A stretch of 64,000 bases of DNA from a virus (lineage: Duplodnaviria > Caudoviricetes), in IMG/VR virus record IMGVR_UViG_3300032053_000067, positions 1,085 through 65,084 of that record; one strand, written 5' to 3'. The first letter of the stretch is position 1, and each line of letters opens with the position of its first letter. Under the pieces are notes generated by a model that ran no database searches, was not told the DNA's origin, and was given only the letters and a program-made list of their open reading frames with translations. Of this stretch, positions 62,701 through 64,000 are shown piece after piece. The translations under genes were made by a program, and so were the position numbers.

Positions 62701-64000
62701 CGCGCTCCTCGGCAAGATGGAACCGATCTACATCAAACACCGGATAGCCCAGCGGCGCGGCACCCCCGAATCTCTCGGCCCGGAAATGAAATGGTTGCTC
62801 ACCGAGATCTCGCGGCGGCGGTGGGACGACGCCCAGATGAACATCGAAGCGATGGAGGTCATGCTTTCGCAGTTCCGCGGGAAAGCCCGTCGCGTAATGG
62901 AAGTCAATATGATGCTGTTCGCCGTGGTTGAACAGGTCAACCGGGCCACGACGATCCTGATGGGATACCACGGGTTGAAAGAGCAGATCAAAGGCGATCT
63001 GACTGAGGAACAGCGGGAAGAATTACTGATGAAAGCCAAAGACCTGACAGACTTGGCGCACGCCAGTTATGGCAAAACCAATCTGCCATCCATTATGCGC
63101 GGCAGCAACCTCATTCCGCAGATCCTCCGAAACGCCTATCTTTACACGACATACAACCACAACCTCGTCCAAATGGCTATCAGCATGGGGTTTGGAAAGA
63201 ACCACGACCGAAAGGCGCTGACGTACCTGCTGGCGTCACACGCAATATTGGCCGGCCCTAAGGCGCTTGTCGGACTCGGACCCTTGTTGGTCTTGGCAAA
63301 GGGGATCATAGCGCTGGCGGGCGGAAACCCGCCGGAAGACCCCGAGGAGGCCTATTACAAGTGGGTCGAGGAGACGTTCGGCGAGTATGCGGAAGGCGTC
63401 GCCCGCGGTGGTGTGTTTGGGGCGCTGGGAATCGACGCCAGCGGCTCGATGGCCATGCGTGGGTTTGATATCCCCGTGACGTTCAACGAGATTCTGGGCG
63501 ACCCGATGGGCGCAAAACAGCGGATCTGGGCGTGGGCGGGTGAAACTGCGTTCGGCGGCCCCACTGGCGAACTGGTGTTGGGTAAAGCCGTTGGCGGTGC
63601 GGCGGACTTGGCACAGGGACGGTTTTCCCAGGCGGCGGAGAAACTGACGCCGCGTATGATATCCGCGCCGATCCGGGCGATCCGGGAATATAGGCATGGC
63701 GTCGAGACGGCCTACGGGACGCCGGTGTTTTACGGGAAAGAGCGGTTACGCCCGAGTTTCATGGCGGCCGTGTTACGCGGACTCACCTTCAATCCCATCG
63801 AGGTGTCCGGCAAACGTGCCGAACAGTGGAGCGACACGGAAACGCGCCGAAAGTATGAGGGCCAGCGGTCGGCCATCTATGACCAGATCGACCGGTGGGC
63901 GTCGGACAGCGGGCGGTACGCGGCGGATTGGGTAAACATCTTGGCCGAAGTGGACCACTACAACAACTATGTCAAGTCCAAGATGTTGCGGGTGCCACAG
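50711..64000 (+). CDS. Giant DarB-like polyvalent virion protein (>4,400 aa): metallopeptidase-like, N6-adenine MTase, Strawberry-notch-type SF2 helicase, large C-terminal domain; continues past window end
   Basis: Same frame from ATG 50711 at every point checked, and no closed ORF in this frame in the track. AMHEYGLH (~55085); QQFSTPP, VLEPSAGTG, VMNPPFS (56595-56890); FLLGDGTGVGKGR (57902); VFDEAH (~58245); QGMGRSHRSNQ (~59415). Confidence 0.88.
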   Translation, partial: MGRYRDLIDQFAPGGAATGLPEGEPEDVMAPPARSRSAALLEVFDPDKATETLTVAIPEPSAMTAPVHKRADWREGFHGDLMRKGVLSEEQAKKGAERYEAWTRQPEEIGYAASPGEGGLVTAARWLKTYPGKFLGKIQLDRARNMTFETVPQLDVMGDREVEDNLTRMMGVAPDQEWEKEITSKLPESWDWKKKHMFAQANWMTKTADEYAQWRAGPEGPSTATKALIGVAQNAPLMLEIAAGGLAKKAVTGTGKLVGKGLAKRATRGLIHGSVYSAIEGPRQFADVRANKTELGPDGITRMVEPGAGVGESLLKAGIYGVLEPAVEIAGGEMFVKNALKPLGKYAAVKGPGWLVNKVAPSLAQRGKEALAGIGLAVSDKAGWMAPAVRQFNEITGFQGMGVEITEEALQAFYDAVGNISNSYDKAGLQNVPEAAQAFKDQFIEMAGTLALMRGGEYGISAPAYLKTRATVAKSLEGFRDMGYDVPDAGVVKRLPMDDKIDMLNNFRDIHGLRYFGKEGIGWHDIPAEEMAEMDPQERELKLMEMKAEWYKGRLQQLGMQPDEVEQAFQTKTEPELQAMVTERTVDDQVRQLGVDPTGFKPREKREMVEAAWRQQLDATLAPYVDETALQTMTEEEKMNAVAGSMGAVASIGPKPQGEFEAPWAGGEDAMAPPARPGGVVGQTIPTEQQTVVPIERANAPVQPVVTPTAPTVFEQGTVAPTAAPVAGGFSDEVSDTLRAIPQGDPIHMSELGKGAKPAVEELERLGLVAREATAKGRPKAFVRLTEAGVAAQAEEVARKKAGRVAPVAPPTLPQETPAVPAGKTPTRPEIVQPAPAAAAPAPTAQAKPRVTLANGNVVDVQADDPVVKAGVFDWYADDSPPHLGGGIALPKGHPVPEFKSYDDAQSAIDDYTDILSNKYGEDAAVQAPVSVGTGGFADLPATPTPLSLPEISKLRSLYVARDAIDARETKATFHSVLSDVGSFEPLSEKEVRKELAKLQDEGRLDLAMGTEPRSPDSLVAKIYESLHWKTDDTWNSKTDPDLDLTFYEEALRAEQYGGYEHDPTPELNLARRIAAAATGNVRRKRLPGPQRRLTLQPQPTEVTPNAVPRKEAQKAPQVEPLAPWLREEMIRQGKNPNRLMNDIDVEQSRDLIAQDPIVQFIQQAHPELAERALRGDLSVEEYRKYQQESAIPLTAPRKEPTTPAAEVETKTRKKEPWEMTSKEWSDQVDRIDARIEQAKIAGQIPYLEVARKQPQGRVVYEAHGLDGKLLASGTAKSLGEKLYRRKDRYWNVSGGFLQYEQNEPFSVEGYRAKLREINKKQHGEFVEHDIREGKTPPPEVLAEYPDLKPQPAKAEPEAKPTSAAKPAPTKSVTDTIFDVMTKTFGGKAQYRAVATKDKLPAKVKEAARAELEKQGLKWEDQRLHAFYLNGSVWFIKDQLEAGAEAAGMTLEAFVTAKAMHEYGLHLGLRKMMGELFGPTARTEMDRLCRSVTDSVGRDKVLAALPSTYAGFDDTALGQEYLAKLAEKLDAGTLTAEEKTVWDRLVEFIKSVLKKARGTLTDTDIDQIVRMAVSRAKAKGAVVEEEAVAQTQPEVTPARTALIDRLVATMEARQPKHKIVPKYELKGSDGKWYGGDMPAKVDYSGERRISGYVFQDKDGTRFAAKHYATEAEAQAAVDRRQERDAEDFRKAMAEKDDEGLQESADYWLGKKEATAKTPTVAPTKPPKAATMTGNAEDDARLLRLQERAKTGRSMTASDEKSLKLLEDKAKADPGKWTSGDGVGYRVDRQINRGFQVVQVDTATKLALIRQVADTGLTSTGGDTDRIKPEWIHVADLVRDKKYDEPPASPAEVTSTATKTPGGAVRLAEMVYERLKAGESIGDAYFFKIADEAYGGTRAQGTYGPSDAYDAMEAGLNRYLAGYGMDLSPTGDLEKVKEDIERIRGAVRAVPRQKNRSGERNAYQQFSTPPDYSYAVAWLANIGPGDVVLEPSAGTGNIAVHVAAAGPESVIANELSERRAELLRGIPGVTEVLTEDAEQLHNLLPEARRPTVVVMNPPFSRAPTRMGEKKVIGTDLKHIGVALKILQDGGRLVAVIGAPLTVDETKTFQTWYNTVSKRFNVRAVQRVSRDVYTSQGTNFPTRVVIIDKTGPTPAGGTIESKELVLLAQLVERLEGIRNDRVRVERLRTEQVVPGEVEGGRGEPVAALPVRAPIASVATGGAGGVGAVASGEVSAGTRGVRAEPPGRRGDVSAVAEQPRGGPESGGEGGGRGARPKGSAGGVGGGAVTGEPSRKPVEIHPESAGVARTGAPEQLTESVFVPYKPSVKFPKSKPHPGEVRESATMSAVHPPPLTYSPLLPAEVVEKGLLSDVQLEPVARAGAAHEKMLPALENKRAQRRGFLLGDGTGVGKGRIVAGVILDNFMRGRKKAVWLSMSQRLFEDAQRDWAGIGQNKRKLFNQGKINLASAIAANDGILFTTYAVLRSKAKAKQTEKARTRLDQIIDWLGDDFDGVIVFDEAHAMANAMPSKGDRGVKNASGRALAGLALQNRLPNARVMYVSATAATEAENLAYMERLGLWGPGMPSPNKQHFLNKVGSGGLAAMEVVARDLKAQGLSMARNLSYDDVDFDRIEHPLTPDQRTTYDALARAWQKVLQDVNAALGTTDADKNAKGRALGQFWGAHQRFFNQIITAMQVPSVFTRIEADIQAGRSVVVQLTNTHEAAQERELAKRTEDDDLEDFDLTPRDMLLQYLDNSFPTQQYEEYLDENGVTQTRPVLDSHGNALENQEAVKAKERLLLELGSIQVPQSPLDMLIDHFGRRAVSEVTGRKRRVVKDEAGKMTIEARGTGANHAEIASFMAGKKRILIFSEAGGIGASYHADRASANQQQRAHYVLQAGWRADRAVQGMGRSHRSNQAAAPIFTLVTTDLKGQKRFISTIARRLEQLGALSKGQRQAGATGLFGPEDNLESTEAKEALLTFYRDLYVQRIPEIQIADFEQEIGKRLRDKDGRLLQTLPPIRQFLNRLLSMTVDRQNQVFDEFDTRLKERVQIALAEGTLDQGLETYRAHSIKKAEERVVHTQEETQAQTKYVRVAVQQPIKRMSFATAQKLVKSKKGGYFRNNESGRLYAVVPGPDKTTETGKIEKQYRLHSPRGTIRTIPNYQLQGHNWERVGTDFDTYESEPAWTEEYNKAPKFDEFEEHLITGVVLPIWDRITGNTRIVRMLTDDGEQLLGLLLPPETYKETLRNLQVEVAGPQLTPVAALEGIVEGTFKVVLANGWQVKRSFVDKEARVEVTGADWAQKQMLENLGAFVEQIDWKTRLFLPTGEKGRELLERVLETSPVADVVKFGRGNEFQPSLGAPGPEFAPSLGEAYDKAKEFAWKMAEKAEKKLTKESEAKTVGAVRSELAKRDKNAKPDISPWRVALGTPLRNLRKTYAGKKIWDAAFGQPQERYEIQDAFFDLDYETGQSAVKRMVNYTRKHKREYADQWVPRYLQRDMDALGYKARQGKTGWEVIDPMGKVVETFAPGVDEDAAWTNAYLRTRQDVIEGRNFVLTDDGKIRQVTVPKMSEAAGDALLDMRLIFHRTWAHLSDEANIAEKVLKDAGAEIQTVNYDGEEISVFEAMRQLGDLRGYYMPRLRGVGRNELRARKEGENPFYKKYNTRTGRKIAGFMKARSGWDTEYSRSSESSEEAFGDISLVAMNDVMKKALEDTAKHQKEVSPKSFEALGLETDTIQYTRKTDGVVEDHFVIKADDGNKRYNELWKSFQGGRWKDGFWHFIASEKNPVSAIKRTLQRAAVSQNMQQVGAADLFGRALAQQLAVMMHARGSRARKIGRNEAKGKDVYVGYDPDPVRAMVATASAIAGGTAKRHMAQKMLNAVMGVEMPWKDFLAKNLPADFDKLSHSEQVAKRHEIWEQYEAGNKERRLDSGLQTEAYDDAVSYIRDQLRNDTAMERVFGWIRGLASQYFLTGVAPAVINHTTMVTTVPAIFHQEGKIPFARTFALLGKMEPIYIKHRIAQRRGTPESLGPEMKWLLTEISRRRWDDAQMNIEAMEVMLSQFRGKARRVMEVNMMLFAVVEQVNRATTILMGYHGLKEQIKGDLTEEQREELLMKAKDLTDLAHASYGKTNLPSIMRGSNLIPQILRNAYLYTTYNHNLVQMAISMGFGKNHDRKALTYLLASHAILAGPKALVGLGPLLVLAKGIIALAGGNPPEDPEEAYYKWVEETFGEYAEGVARGGVFGALGIDASGSMAMRGFDIPVTFNEILGDPMGAKQRIWAWAGETAFGGPTGELVLGKAVGGAADLAQGRFSQAAEKLTPRMISAPIRAIREYRHGVETAYGTPVFYGKERLRPSFMAAVLRGLTFNPIEVSGKRAEQWSDTETRRKYEGQRSAIYDQIDRWASDSGRYAADWVNILAEVDHYNNYVKSKMLRVPQ
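57240..57620 (+). CDS. Nested out-of-frame gene (126 aa, acidic helical) inside the giant protein gene
   Basis: GGAGG at 57226-57230 before ATG; protein-like Leu/Glu periodicity with CTG/GAG codons, while the host frame becomes a G/R/A/P-rich linker over the same interval. Confidence 0.65.
   Translation: MTVSELNDFELSKLCLEKLKEVGENPSPHCLYALQLLAWLLEERAELVQLPAAKFLPELEGFVQSHLDDAGTFPLLLSSQEEDQSLEEKAEVEVQDLKDLPAESVAERLLENLHENLSKFTPSLRE

Larger units (their letters stand above)
1..64000. mobile_element. Temperate podovirus-like phage/prophage, incomplete at both ends
   Basis: Continuous modules: integrase, repressor/Cro switch, replication, terminase, portal, capsid, endolysin, tail and giant internal virion protein. 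No tape measure or sheath gene recognised; no host housekeeping genes; att sites not in window. Confidence 0.93.

Noticed and set aside
1-64000. tRNA/rRNA genes, att sites, host taxon
   Set aside because: None recognisable by eye; att would lie beyond the truncated integrase; host cannot be assigned without searches.

Overview
The whole window is one temperate, podovirus-like tailed phage/prophage that runs off both edges. Left to right: a tyrosine integrase (5' part only, missing from the ORF track); an immunity switch (XRE repressor, Cro-like HTH, excisionase-like HTH); recombination/replication genes (Sak4-like ATPase, Rad50/SbcC-like ATPase, HNH, SSB-like, intein-containing SF2 helicase, primase-helicase followed by an iteron-like repeat array); DNA methyltransferases; a long array of small accessory genes; a glycosyltransferase/methyltransferase cassette; TerS; an inverted promoter-driven cassette; portal, scaffold, capsid, TerL; lysis; tail; and a >4,400-aa DarB-like polyvalent virion protein (50711 to beyond 64000, also missing from the ORF track). 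The most striking signals are overprinted genes: a two-frame split C5 methyltransferase, and SD-led ORFs nested in linkers of the giant protein. Also notable are repeated hairpin and iteron arrays in non-coding DNA. No rRNA, tRNA, CRISPR array or reverse transcriptase was seen. All product calls come from motif recognition by eye, not database searches.
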